Assembly: GCA_965223665.1 (NCBI GenBank)
Contig: OZ245011.1
Location: 3,552,001 to 3,616,000, forward strand
From: Nitrospinaceae bacterium
GTDB lineage: Bacteria > Nitrospinota > Nitrospinia > Nitrospinales > Nitrospinaceae
Length of the DNA: 64,000 bases
Direction of reading: 5' to 3'
Shown: in pieces, positions 1 through 9,520 of the stretch
Layout: the number at the start of each line of letters is the position of its first letter
Numbering within the stretch: the first letter of the stretch is position 1
Made by a program: the position numbers and the translations under genes
The notes under the pieces: generated by a model
The model's input: the letters and a program-made list of their open reading frames with translations, nothing else
Database searches by the model: none
What the model was told of the DNA's origin: nothing

Positions 1-588
1 TTGATTAATACAATAATTATTCCGGTAGCAATGTTTTATTTACTGAGGGACTTTGATTTTATTGTGGAGAAGTTGAAAGGTCTGATTCCCCCACGATTTA
101 AAGAGCAAACTGTAGAAATCTTTAAGGATATTGACCAAGTACTATCACGTTTTGTGCGGGGTCAATTGATGGTAGCTACCTTAATGGGAGTTTTATATTC
201 TATCGGCCTGTTTATTTGTGGAACACCTATGAGTTTATTCATTGGTATGTTGGCAGGATATGCCAACCTAGTGCCTTACCTGGGATTGGTGGTTGGTTTT
301 GTGCCCGCCGCTTTACTAACATTTCTACAGTTTCAAGAACTTATGCCTTTGCTTGGAGTGGTGGCCGTTTTTGCGGTTGTTCAGGGATTAGAAGGAATGG
401 TAATCACTCCACGAGTGGTAGGAGATCAATTGGGATTGCATCCGGTAGCAATCATGCTGGCAGTTTTAATAGGGGCGGAGTTGTTTGGTTTTCTAGGTGT
501 CCTATTAGCCGTTCCTGTGGCCGCTGTCCTTAATGTTCTGTTACGAAGGGGTCTTGTAGTTTATAAAAAATCTTCTGTTTTTTCCTAA
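1..588 (+). CDS. AI-2E family (PerM/TqsA-like) transporter, 5'-truncated by the window edge
   Basis: Hydrophobic ORF with the family motifs RGQL, NLVPYLG, QGLEG..ITPRVVG..LGLHP and LLAVPVAA. Confidence 0.85.
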   Translation: MINTIIIPVAMFYLLRDFDFIVEKLKGLIPPRFKEQTVEIFKDIDQVLSRFVRGQLMVATLMGVLYSIGLFICGTPMSLFIGMLAGYANLVPYLGLVVGFVPAALLTFLQFQELMPLLGVVAVFAVVQGLEGMVITPRVVGDQLGLHPVAIMLAVLIGAELFGFLGVLLAVPVAAVLNVLLRRGLVVYKKSSVFS

Positions 589-1659
589 TTAGACATACTG
601 ATAACGCATATTGCGTCTTTTTGGCGCATTCCCACTATCTTCTATTAAACGACAAATTTCTTTTTCGTCCATGTAATGAACCGTTCCCGCGGCGGAAACA
701 ACATTTTCTTCCATCATAGTACTTCCCATATCATTAGCGCCAAAAAATAAAGCCATTTGTCCTATTTTCGGTCCCTGAGTGACCCACGATGATTGAATGT
801 TGTCTATATTGTCTAAAACGATTCTGCTAATGGCTAATGTTTTTAAATATTCCCAGCCAGTGGTGGTTTTAGGTCCAATTTGTTGGGTTAGTGCTGTGTT
901 TCCGGGTTGGAAGGGCCAGGGAATGAAGGCAGTGAATCCACCACTTTTATCCTGTTGATCGCGGAGACGAATCAGATGTTCTACGCGTTCTTCTAAAGTT
1001 TCAATATGTCCAAACATCATCGTTGCGGTAGTTGGCAGTCCCAATCTATGAGCAATATCCATAACTTCTAACCATTGATCCGAAGTGCACTTTGCCGGGC
1101 TAATAATTTTGCGAACACGATCAACCAATATTTCACCACCGCCACCGGGTATGGAATCCAGCCCGGCATTTTGAAGGCGTTTTAATGTTTCTTCTAAGCT
1201 GAGTTTGGATATTTTAGAAATATGAAAAATCTCGGGAGGAGAAAGAGCGTGCAGATGGATATCAAAGCGGCTTTTTATTTCTTTAAACAAATCTTCAAAA
1301 TATTCAATTTTTAAATCTTTATGATGACCACCCTGCATCAATATTTGCTGACCGCCAACCTCGACCAATTCTTCAATTTTTTGGGAAATGGTCTCAATCG
1401 GTAAAACGTAGGAACTAGAGTCTTCTTCCTTTCTATAAAATGCACAAAAAAGACAGTCTGTAACACAAACATTGGTGTAATTAATATTGCGGTCGATAAT
1501 ATAGGTAACTGTATTGTCTACCGCTCCACGGCGGGATTTAGATAAACGAGTTGCCACGTTTCCGAGCAGTGCCATGTCCTGACAAGAAAATAATTCAACG
1601 GCTTCATCGAATTGCAGACGATCACCCGCCAGCGCTTTTTGTATTACAGTTTCTAACAT
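589..1659 (-). CDS. mqnC: Cyclic dehypoxanthine futalosine synthase (radical SAM, futalosine menaquinone pathway)
   Basis: DRNINYTNVCVTDCLFCAF (CxxxCxxC), SIPGGGGEIL, FTAFIPW, QSSWVTQG and GANDMGSTMMEENVV. Confidence 0.9.
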   Translation of the reverse strand: MLETVIQKALAGDRLQFDEAVELFSCQDMALLGNVATRLSKSRRGAVDNTVTYIIDRNINYTNVCVTDCLFCAFYRKEEDSSSYVLPIETISQKIEELVEVGGQQILMQGGHHKDLKIEYFEDLFKEIKSRFDIHLHALSPPEIFHISKISKLSLEETLKRLQNAGLDSIPGGGGEILVDRVRKIISPAKCTSDQWLEVMDIAHRLGLPTTATMMFGHIETLEERVEHLIRLRDQQDKSGGFTAFIPWPFQPGNTALTQQIGPKTTTGWEYLKTLAISRIVLDNIDNIQSSWVTQGPKIGQMALFFGANDMGSTMMEENVVSAAGTVHYMDEKEICRLIEDSGNAPKRRNMRYQYV

Positions 1660-1677
1660 CAGTCTTTTTTTGTGAAA

Positions 1678-2025
1678 TTATCTCAGGGAAGGGGCGTGAA
1701 TGCCATCGACACCAGTATCGCCCATTTGTTCTTCTTCTGTAATCATAAAAACGTGATATCCAAACTTGCTTTGGATGGGTCCACCGATTTGTCCCAAGGG
1801 AGTTGCCATAGCAGCCTCTTCTAATTCTTTGGCGTTGGTATTAAATTCTAAAAACCCTAAATCACCACCCTGTTTTCGGGAAGCACAGGCGCTATATTTT
1901 TTGGCAAGTTTCTCAAAGGTTTTCTTTTTTAATTCTGGTTCTTCTATGTCTTTTAGCATTTCGTAAATCATATTTGCTAAATCTTTGGTGGTTAAAACAA
2001 TATGGCTGACACGAATAGATCTCAC
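1678..2025 (-). CDS. ppiC: Small parvulin-type peptidyl-prolyl isomerase (PpiC-like)
   Basis: SHIV, LAKKYSACAS..QGGDLG and SKFGYH motifs; GTG start. Confidence 0.8.
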   Translation of the reverse strand: MRSIRVSHIVLTTKDLANMIYEMLKDIEEPELKKKTFEKLAKKYSACASRKQGGDLGFLEFNTNAKELEEAAMATPLGQIGGPIQSKFGYHVFMITEEEQMGDTGVDGIHAPSLR

Positions 2026-2250
2026 GGCCGAATTTCCTTATATGGCTTAATTGCGTTTCCCCATGAAATTTGATGGAGTTTCTACAGGAAATTGTACCTT
2101 TTTTGCTGGAATTGACAACCCTTATCGGAGGAAAGCCTTATGGAAAGTAGGAGGACTAAGGATATTTTGATTTATTTAGTTAATAGGGGATGGATATTAA
2201 TAACGTTTTAAAAAATAATGAATTTTGGAGAAAAGAATATTTTTGAGGAA

Positions 2251-3057
2251 TTAAAAGAAATATCGCAAAAATCCCATCAGGTGCGGGACAAGTTTAGGGC
2301 GGATCAATCTAGGGTCATAGGGGGTTAAATATTTTTTATTCTCTTTGAGACTGGTTTCAATGAATTCACGAAATCCTATATTAGAGTATTTCAGGTATCG
2401 TTTAACAAGGAAAAGGGGAATCTTACTCTCGTTTTTTGCCTGATCCCAAAGTCGTATTTTACTGGCTAATCCAAATGCCCAAAGATTTTGAAGAAAATGA
2501 TAAAACTGTTGATGCATGGATCGTTGATAACGGTGATGAATAATCCAGTTTTGAAAAAACAATAGGTGCCGGGCTTTTTCTTCTTTAAGGGCTGAAACCA
2601 GTTTTAAAAATTCGCGCGGGAATTCTTTTGTTGCTTGAACCACCAGAGGCAATCCCAGTCCAAAAAAAATGTCAATTGTCTGACCGGACCCGTATTTGAA
2701 AAACTCCCATCTCAAGTTTTCGGGGATAGATTCCTCTTTTTTGTCTGAATTTAAAGGAATTTTATAGACATTTAAAAAGTCTTCTAAAATTTCTGCTTGT
2801 CTACCTTCTTCATAAGCTAATAGGGAAACGGCTTCTCTGGCCAAGGGATCGGAAATTTTTTCTGAATAAGCTTTTATGAGCTTAGAGTTCCGGTGGCCCG
2901 TTTGAATCAATTGGTCCCAAACAGGTATTGCCTTCAAGGTTTCAATCATAGAGGAAGGTAAATCGGGCCAAGTAATGTCAGCGGGCTTAAACACTTTATG
3001 AGAGTAGATGAAAAACCGACAATATAAATTTTTATGCTCTGGAGAGCCCAGAATCAT
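2251..3057 (-). CDS. Ferritin-like domain protein with degenerate metal ligands
   Basis: N-terminal GSPEHK..CR.F..SH, WP.L, DPL.REA..L..EE.R and ARH..FF.NW resemble a ferritin-like family I recall from cyanobacteria and proteobacteria. Confidence 0.65.
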   Translation of the reverse strand: MILGSPEHKNLYCRFFIYSHKVFKPADITWPDLPSSMIETLKAIPVWDQLIQTGHRNSKLIKAYSEKISDPLAREAVSLLAYEEGRQAEILEDFLNVYKIPLNSDKKEESIPENLRWEFFKYGSGQTIDIFFGLGLPLVVQATKEFPREFLKLVSALKEEKARHLLFFQNWIIHHRYQRSMHQQFYHFLQNLWAFGLASKIRLWDQAKNESKIPLFLVKRYLKYSNIGFREFIETSLKENKKYLTPYDPRLIRPKLVPHLMGFLRYFF

Positions 3058-3240
3058 GGTTAGAAATCCTCTTTTAAAAACGGTGGGCTAGTAGAAAAGA
3101 CTACGGTAATACAATTACAGTTAAACAATATAAGGCTTTATAAAAAAAAATCCAGTACTTAAAATGGTTTGGGGTAGGAAGATTCCTATAAATTATTTGG
3201 TTTAAAGGAGTTGCTGGATTAAATTTTATTTAAAAAAAGT

Positions 3241-4788
3241 TTAGGAAAGAGTTTGATTTTCTTGATAAAAAGTTTCCAGAGTTTCAATTAGCCCTTCTAC
3301 GGTAAACTTTTCAGCAATCATATTTACATGGAGGCCATGGTCTTGAGCCGTTTTAGCGGTAATCGGGCCTATGCAGGCAATGGTGACCGAATCCAGAAGT
3401 TCCTTCGCATTTGTTCCCATTCCTTCCATGAAGTTATTGACCGTTGATGATGCAGTGAAGGTTATTATATCAATAGTTTTCTCCTTCAATCTATTTAGAA
3501 TCCTTTCAATTCCCTGTTCGGGTATTACAGTTTTGTAAGCAGGAACGACATCAATTTCAGCACCCAGTTTGCGTAAGTTTTCCGGCAAAATTTCCCTGGC
3601 CACCGAAGCCCGGGGAAGAAGAAACTTTTTACCTCGAATATTATCTTTTCCCAAGCTATCTAAAAGGGATTCAGCTACATATTTTTCCGGAACCAAATCT
3701 ACTTTAATTCCTAATTGGTTTACAGCCTCTGCGGTTTTTGGACCTATACAAAAAATTTTAAGTCCCTTGAGTTCGCGAATGTCCTTATCGTTTTCCTTTA
3801 AACGCTTTGTAAAAAACCTGACCCCGTTAGTACTTGTAAAAATCAGGTTGTCATATGTTTCCAGCCTATTTATCGCTTGATCCAAAGGTCCCCAGTTATC
3901 GGGAGCAATGGTTTCAATTACTGGACAATGAACAGGCTCTGCACCTTTTTCAATTAAAATATTAGTGAAATCATTCGACTGGTTTTCGGCACGGGTAATG
4001 ACAATTGCTTTTCCAAATAGGGGTGAGGTTTCATACCAGTTGATCAAGGGTTTAAGTTCCACCACTTCCCCAACAATTGTTAAAGCAGGGGGGCTAATTT
4101 TTTCTTTGTAGGCAATGTCTACAATGGTGCTCAATGTTCCTGTCCAGGTTTTTTGTTTAAAGGTGGTTCCCCATTGGATTACGGCAATCGGTGTGTTCGG
4201 GTCTTTACCAAATTTAATAAGATTTTCGGTAATGCGACCCAGTTTGCGGGCGCCCATTAGGAAGACTAAGGTCCCTGAACGGCTGGCAATCTTTTCCCAA
4301 TCAATATGTAAATCTTCTTTTCCTTTTTCGTTACTGCCGGTGACGATAGTAATCATCGAGGAAAAATCACGGTGTGTGAGTGGAATCCCTGAATAAGCAG
4401 AGACCCCCATTGGAGAAGGCACACCCGGAACCACAGCAAAAGGGATTCCTTCTTTATTCAGAGCTACAGTTTCTTCGCCACCACGCCCAAATAAAAATGG
4501 ATCTCCTCCTTTTAATCTTATTACCGTTTTGCCTTGTTTAGCTTTTTGAATGAGAAGTTTATTTATGTCTTCTTGTTTTAAGGTATATTGTCCCTCTTTT
4601 TTGCCCGCATAAATAATTTCTGCTTTTTCCCGGGCAAATTGTAGTAACTGAACATTCGCTAAATAATCATAAACAATTACATCAGCCCGCTCTAACCAAG
4701 ACTTCCCTTTTACGGTTATTAAACCTGGGTCTCCAGGCCCTGCTCCAACCAGAATCACTTTTCCAGTATTTTTATTGGGGTTGGTCAT
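3241..4788 (-). CDS. cobA: Uroporphyrinogen-III C-methyltransferase / uroporphyrinogen-III synthase fusion (CobA-HemD)
   Basis: N-terminal LVGAGPGDPGLITVKG and RLKGGDPFLFGRGGEE; C-terminal HemD motifs ITRA, FTSTNGV, IGPKTA and CIGPITA. Confidence 0.93.
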   Translation of the reverse strand: MTNPNKNTGKVILVGAGPGDPGLITVKGKSWLERADVIVYDYLANVQLLQFAREKAEIIYAGKKEGQYTLKQEDINKLLIQKAKQGKTVIRLKGGDPFLFGRGGEETVALNKEGIPFAVVPGVPSPMGVSAYSGIPLTHRDFSSMITIVTGSNEKGKEDLHIDWEKIASRSGTLVFLMGARKLGRITENLIKFGKDPNTPIAVIQWGTTFKQKTWTGTLSTIVDIAYKEKISPPALTIVGEVVELKPLINWYETSPLFGKAIVITRAENQSNDFTNILIEKGAEPVHCPVIETIAPDNWGPLDQAINRLETYDNLIFTSTNGVRFFTKRLKENDKDIRELKGLKIFCIGPKTAEAVNQLGIKVDLVPEKYVAESLLDSLGKDNIRGKKFLLPRASVAREILPENLRKLGAEIDVVPAYKTVIPEQGIERILNRLKEKTIDIITFTASSTVNNFMEGMGTNAKELLDSVTIACIGPITAKTAQDHGLHVNMIAEKFTVEGLIETLETFYQENQTLS

Positions 4789-5569
4789 GATTTTCTACAA
4801 TTAAATTTGATAAGTTTGCAAAATCTTGAAGTGTCATAGTCTCTCCACGTCTCGAGAGGTCAATCCCCTCACGTTCAATTTTCTTCAAGTCTAGTTTATA
4901 GTGTTTGTTCATAGTTTTAAGATTATTTTTTAATGTTTTTCGCTTGTGAAGGAATGCAGAGTGAACCAGTTGAAAAAATGTTTTTAGGTGATTAACTGAA
5001 ACGGGAGGGGCAGGTCGTGGAGTTACTCTAATGACGGCAGAATTAATTTTTGGTGGAGGGGAGAAAGCATCCTTTTTGACATTTAACAAATGTTGAACCT
5101 CACAATGAAATTGAGTAAACACTGTAAGTGAACCGTATTCCTTTGTGCAAGGTTTGGCTGTTAATCGATCGACCACTTCTTTTTGGAACATTAGAGTCAT
5201 GTTTTTTATATAGGATTTGAACTCGATCAATCGCTTTAAAATTGGGGTGGCCGCATAATAAGGCAGGTTTGATATTACCTGATAGCCATGACCATTTGAA
5301 CTGTAATCAAATTTTAAAGCATCCTGATTGACTAAATTAAATGCGGAATTTTTCCCAAACTTTTTTTTTAATTCTTGGCACAATCTCGGGTCGATTTCTA
5401 ATGCTAGTAGAGATTTAGAACGATCTAGAATTCTACCAGTGAGAATCCCTTTTCCTGGACCAATTTCCAATACATGGCCATTTTCCTCAATATGGGCAAG
5501 ATTAATGATTTCATCTGCAATGGAAGGGTCACACAGAAAATTTTGTCCCAGAGGTCTACGTTTTTTCAT
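4772..5569 (-). CDS. rsmA: 16S rRNA m6,2A dimethyltransferase KsgA/RsmA
   Basis: LGQNFL, VLEIGPGKG, NLPY and F.PPPK.NSA motifs. Confidence 0.95.
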   Translation of the reverse strand: MKKRRPLGQNFLCDPSIADEIINLAHIEENGHVLEIGPGKGILTGRILDRSKSLLALEIDPRLCQELKKKFGKNSAFNLVNQDALKFDYSSNGHGYQVISNLPYYAATPILKRLIEFKSYIKNMTLMFQKEVVDRLTAKPCTKEYGSLTVFTQFHCEVQHLLNVKKDAFSPPPKINSAVIRVTPRPAPPVSVNHLKTFFQLVHSAFLHKRKTLKNNLKTMNKHYKLDLKKIEREGIDLSRRGETMTLQDFANLSNLIVENHDQPQ

Positions 5570-6564
5570 TCTGATAGTACTGCTGAACGGGATAATTGCG
5601 TAGCAACGTTAATGGCTTCCAACAAACTATTGGGAGAGGCCTCTCCTTTTCCAGCAATATCGAAGGCTGTTCCGTGGTCAACGGAGGTTCGAATAATAGG
5701 CAGTCCCAAGGTGATATTTACTGCGTGACCCATGGAAGCCATTTTAATGGGAATCATACCTTGGTCATGATACATGGTGATTACAGCATCAAATTGGTAA
5801 TCATTAATTCGACCAAATAATGCATCTGCCGAAAAGGGTCCTTTTACATCAATTTGGATATTTTGGGAAGATTCAATGGCAGGTTGAATAATATCTTTTT
5901 CTTCATTGCCAAAGATTCCTCCATCCCCGCTGTGTGGATTCAACCCGGTAACTGCTAATTTGGGATTATCAATCCCAATTTGCTTAAGCCAATGGTCAGT
6001 TAAGCGAATAGTCTTCTCCACTTTTTCTCTAGTGATAAGACTTTTTACTTGCTCAAGTGCGACGTGAGTTGTTGTTAGAACAACACGCAAGTTTTTTCCG
6101 GCCAGCATTAAAGCGACTTCGGGTGTATTTGTTAAATCAGCTAAAAGTTCAGTGTGGCCGGGGTATTTAAATCCCGCTAGATGCATACTGTTTTTGTTAA
6201 TAGGGGCCGTTGTGATTGCTTGAACATCCTGACTAATAGCCAGGTCAACAGCGCGCTTTATATAGTCAACGGAAGCTTGGCCTCCCTCCGCCGAAGATTT
6301 TCCATAAGTAAGGTTATCAGGAACATTTTTTAAATCAAAAACCGCTATTTGATTTTTCAAAACTTTAGCTTCTGCAACTGAATTTACTGGTGTAAAGTTT
6401 AGATTGGAACTCAATTTGGAAGCAACTTTCTTGAGATGGGTTCCATCGCCAATAATAAGAATGTGGCAATTATCCGGTAAACTTTGCAAGCCTTTAACGA
6501 TAATTTCAGGCCCAATTCCGGCTGGGTCTCCCATGGTAACTGCAATGCAAGGACGGTTTCCCAA
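5566..6564 (-). CDS. pdxA: 4-hydroxythreonine-4-phosphate dehydrogenase
   Basis: TMGDPAGIGPE, GHTE, GLNPH.G, MYHDQG and RTSVDHGTA; the pdxA-rsmA order is the classic one. Confidence 0.95.
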   Translation of the reverse strand: MGNRPCIAVTMGDPAGIGPEIIVKGLQSLPDNCHILIIGDGTHLKKVASKLSSNLNFTPVNSVAEAKVLKNQIAVFDLKNVPDNLTYGKSSAEGGQASVDYIKRAVDLAISQDVQAITTAPINKNSMHLAGFKYPGHTELLADLTNTPEVALMLAGKNLRVVLTTTHVALEQVKSLITREKVEKTIRLTDHWLKQIGIDNPKLAVTGLNPHSGDGGIFGNEEKDIIQPAIESSQNIQIDVKGPFSADALFGRINDYQFDAVITMYHDQGMIPIKMASMGHAVNITLGLPIIRTSVDHGTAFDIAGKGEASPNSLLEAINVATQLSRSAVLSE

Positions 6565-6634
6565 GTCAAATTTCCCTATTTATAGATTAATATTCTTTTG
6601 GAAGAGGAAATGCGTAAACTAAATGAGGTAAACG

Positions 6635-6653
6635 GGGTGGGCATTGCCCACCC
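6635..6653 (-). terminator. GC-rich hairpin downstream of pckA (terminator-like or REP-like)
   Basis: GGGTGGGC-ATT-GCCCACCC, a perfect 8-bp stem just after the pckA stop, with only a weak U tract. Confidence 0.5.
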
Positions 6654-6658
6654 AAACG

Positions 6659-8314
6659 TTATTTTATTTTCTTAATATTGGCCTTTTGGATCGGAGGAAT
6701 TTGCGGTCCTGCGGCGATTATTTCAGGACCCACACTTGGTTCATATTCCTTGAAGTTTTCAATAAATTGAGCAGCAAGTTCTTTTGCTTTTTCATCGTAG
6801 GCTTCAGGATTTTTCCAGGTTTTTCTTGGGTCCAATACATCCTCCGAAACATTTGGACAGGATGTGGGTACATTCAAACCAAAAATAGGATCTAATCTTG
6901 TTTCCGCTTTATTTAAGGTCCCATCGAGAATAGCGTTGATCATTGCACGAGTGTGACTAATTTTCATTCGATTTCCGACACCATAAGGACCGCCTGTCCA
7001 ACCTGTGTTTACCAGCCAACAGTTCACATTATGTTTGGCTATTTTTTCTCCCAATAAATTAGCGTAAACAGATGGATGCAATGCCATAAAAGGTGCACCA
7101 AAACAGGTACTAAAAATGGCAGAAGGTTCTCGACTCATTCCTCTTTCAGTCCCGGCAACTTTGGCAGTGTAACCTGATAAGAAATGGTACATGGCCTGCT
7201 CCGGACTAAGCTTTGATACTGGGGGCATAATCCCATAAGCATCACAAGTGAGCATGATAACGTTTTTTGGATGCCCACCGCGTCGCTCAGGAACGTAATT
7301 GCTAATATGTGTCAAAGGATAAGCAGCACGAGTATTTTCAGTGAGACTGGCATCATCTAAATCTAAACGCCGAGTGCTTCGATCAATGACCACGTTTTCC
7401 AGAACGGTCCCAAACCTTCGGGTGCACTGAAAGATTTCCGGTTCGGATTCTGGATTCAACTTAATGACTTTTGCGTAACAACCTCCTTCAAAATTAAAAA
7501 CTCCCTTGTCGCTCCAGCCATGTTCATCATCACCAATGAGTTTTCTTCTTGGGTCTGTAGATAGAGTTGTTTTTCCAGTTCCAGAGAGTCCAAAAAATAT
7601 AGCGGACTCGTCATTCTTCCCAATATTTGCGGAACAGTGCATAGAAAGCACTTGGTGTTTGCTGGGTAAAATGTAATTCAGTACGGAGAAAACAGATTTT
7701 TTAATTTCCCCAGCATACTTAGTCCCCCCGATTAAAACTAACTGTTTGCTGAAATCTACAATAATAAAGGTATCTGAATTGGTTCCATCAATCTGAGGAA
7801 CTGCTTTGAAGTTGGGCAGATTAATAATAGTGAAAGCAGGTGTATGGTTTTCAAGCTTTTCTCGGTCATTAATCTGAATGAACATATTTCGAGCAAATAA
7901 GCTATGCCAAGCAGTTTCAGTGATCACTCGTATATGCAGTTGATAATCCGGGTCGGCTCCTGCTAAACAATCTTGAACAAAAAGTCTTCTTCCTTGAAGA
8001 TATGCAAGAACACGAGCATATAGTGCATCGAATTTATCAACGGGGAAATCTTTATTCACTTTTCCCCACCAAATATTATCTTGGCTAGTCGGCTCTTTTA
8101 CAATGAATTTATCGTTAGGGGATCGACCCGTATGTTCCCCGGTAGTAACACACAAGGGACCAAGATGAGAGATAATTCCTTCCTGATTACGAATGCTGTG
8201 CTCGTAGAGTTCAGAGGTAGTCAGGTTCCAATAGATTTCTTTTACATTTTTAATTCCATGGTGTTCCAGACCCACTTTATGTTTCAAAACTCTTTTCTCA
8301 GGTTTCTCAGGCAT
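6659..8314 (-). CDS. pckA: Phosphoenolpyruvate carboxykinase (ATP)
   Basis: TGRSP.DK, YAGEIKK, MHCSAN, GLSGTGKTTLS, IGDDEHGW and NFEGGCYAK. Confidence 0.97.
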   Translation of the reverse strand: MPEKPEKRVLKHKVGLEHHGIKNVKEIYWNLTTSELYEHSIRNQEGIISHLGPLCVTTGEHTGRSPNDKFIVKEPTSQDNIWWGKVNKDFPVDKFDALYARVLAYLQGRRLFVQDCLAGADPDYQLHIRVITETAWHSLFARNMFIQINDREKLENHTPAFTIINLPNFKAVPQIDGTNSDTFIIVDFSKQLVLIGGTKYAGEIKKSVFSVLNYILPSKHQVLSMHCSANIGKNDESAIFFGLSGTGKTTLSTDPRRKLIGDDEHGWSDKGVFNFEGGCYAKVIKLNPESEPEIFQCTRRFGTVLENVVIDRSTRRLDLDDASLTENTRAAYPLTHISNYVPERRGGHPKNVIMLTCDAYGIMPPVSKLSPEQAMYHFLSGYTAKVAGTERGMSREPSAIFSTCFGAPFMALHPSVYANLLGEKIAKHNVNCWLVNTGWTGGPYGVGNRMKISHTRAMINAILDGTLNKAETRLDPIFGLNVPTSCPNVSEDVLDPRKTWKNPEAYDEKAKELAAQFIENFKEYEPSVGPEIIAAGPQIPPIQKANIKKIK

Positions 8315-8578
8315 TCTTTAAACTCCGTTTTATAGGGGTTTGATTTTTAATTTAAAATTTACGAGGTATTCCTCTAAATTTTTGGAACTTTAACCAAAAT
8401 TTTGATTAAGCACCATGTTATCATATTAGTCGTTTATTTTGTACCGTTTGTACAGATTCGATCTCCTAATTAGGCTATTTTCCTGCAATTCAAAGTTTCT
8501 GCAAATCTAAAGAACTTTTGAATCCAATATAGGTTTATCAAGACGGCATTCTAATTATTCTAAAGAGAGTGAGTAAGG

Positions 8579-9505
8579 ATGGCAAAAACCTCTCAGTCTA
8601 CAATCCCCAATAATCCCCAAAATCTAAAAATACTTGCTCGCTCTAAAACATCTTTTAACGATATTTTAGTAATTCAGGAAAAGAATTTGCGGGCTCTATG
8701 GTTCAATGGTAACGATGGGGTATTTCTTCAAAGTCGGATTAATAAGGATAATCTATCGACCTTGGAATTGGTTTATTCACGAATGAGTTTAGCCGCACTT
8801 CTTTTTAATCCTTTTCCTCATAAAATATTAATTATTGGATTGGGTGCTGGTGTTTTCCCCAGGGCCTTGTCGCAGATATTTCCTGGAGCTCAAATTGATG
8901 TGGTGGAGATAGATAACAAGGTAGTCGATTTTGCAAAAAAATTTTTCTATTTTAAAGAATCTAAGAAATGCAAAGTATTTGTGGATGATGGTCGATGGTT
9001 TTTAAATAAAAATGAGGAGAAATACGACATAATTTTTTTGGATGCTTTTAAAAGTGGGTCAGTTCCTTTTCATTTAAAAACCCTACAGTTTTATCAAGAA
9101 ATAAAATCCGCTTTAACAGATCAAGGGGTTGTGGGTTCAAATCTTTATGGAAAAAGTAACTCTCTAAAATCCAGTGATGATAAAACTCTGAGAAAAGTAT
9201 TTCCGCAATTATATTATTTTCAAGACTCTGATCAAGTGGCAACGGTTTCCATAGCAACATTAGAAAAGGAAAGATTGTCCAAAGAGAAAATGAAACAGAA
9301 ATCCAAAGAAATATCTATTCCTCCAGATTTTAATTTTTCTTTTGATGAGGTGATAAATTTTTACCGTGATGGTTTAATTCCAACCGATGAGGGAAGAGTG
9401 TTTCAGGATGAATTTGGAAAAGAAGATTTGAGAAAAAAAATTGATGAAAATAACTTGAATGATAATTTACTGTCCAGAAAATATCCTATTAAGCCAGTCA
9501 GTTGA
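8579..9505 (+). CDS. Spermidine-synthase-like SAM-dependent transferase
   Basis: ILIIGLGAG, VVEID, DGR.F, YDIIFLDAF and PFHL.T.QFY motifs. Confidence 0.75.
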   Translation: MAKTSQSTIPNNPQNLKILARSKTSFNDILVIQEKNLRALWFNGNDGVFLQSRINKDNLSTLELVYSRMSLAALLFNPFPHKILIIGLGAGVFPRALSQIFPGAQIDVVEIDNKVVDFAKKFFYFKESKKCKVFVDDGRWFLNKNEEKYDIIFLDAFKSGSVPFHLKTLQFYQEIKSALTDQGVVGSNLYGKSNSLKSSDDKTLRKVFPQLYYFQDSDQVATVSIATLEKERLSKEKMKQKSKEISIPPDFNFSFDEVINFYRDGLIPTDEGRVFQDEFGKEDLRKKIDENNLNDNLLSRKYPIKPVS

Positions 9506-9520
9506 AAAATTTTGGAAGAA

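Noticed and set aside
2122-2150. TCCGATAA sigma28-like -10 box upstream of ppiC (minus strand)
   Set aside because: No TAAA/TCAA -35 element at suitable spacing.
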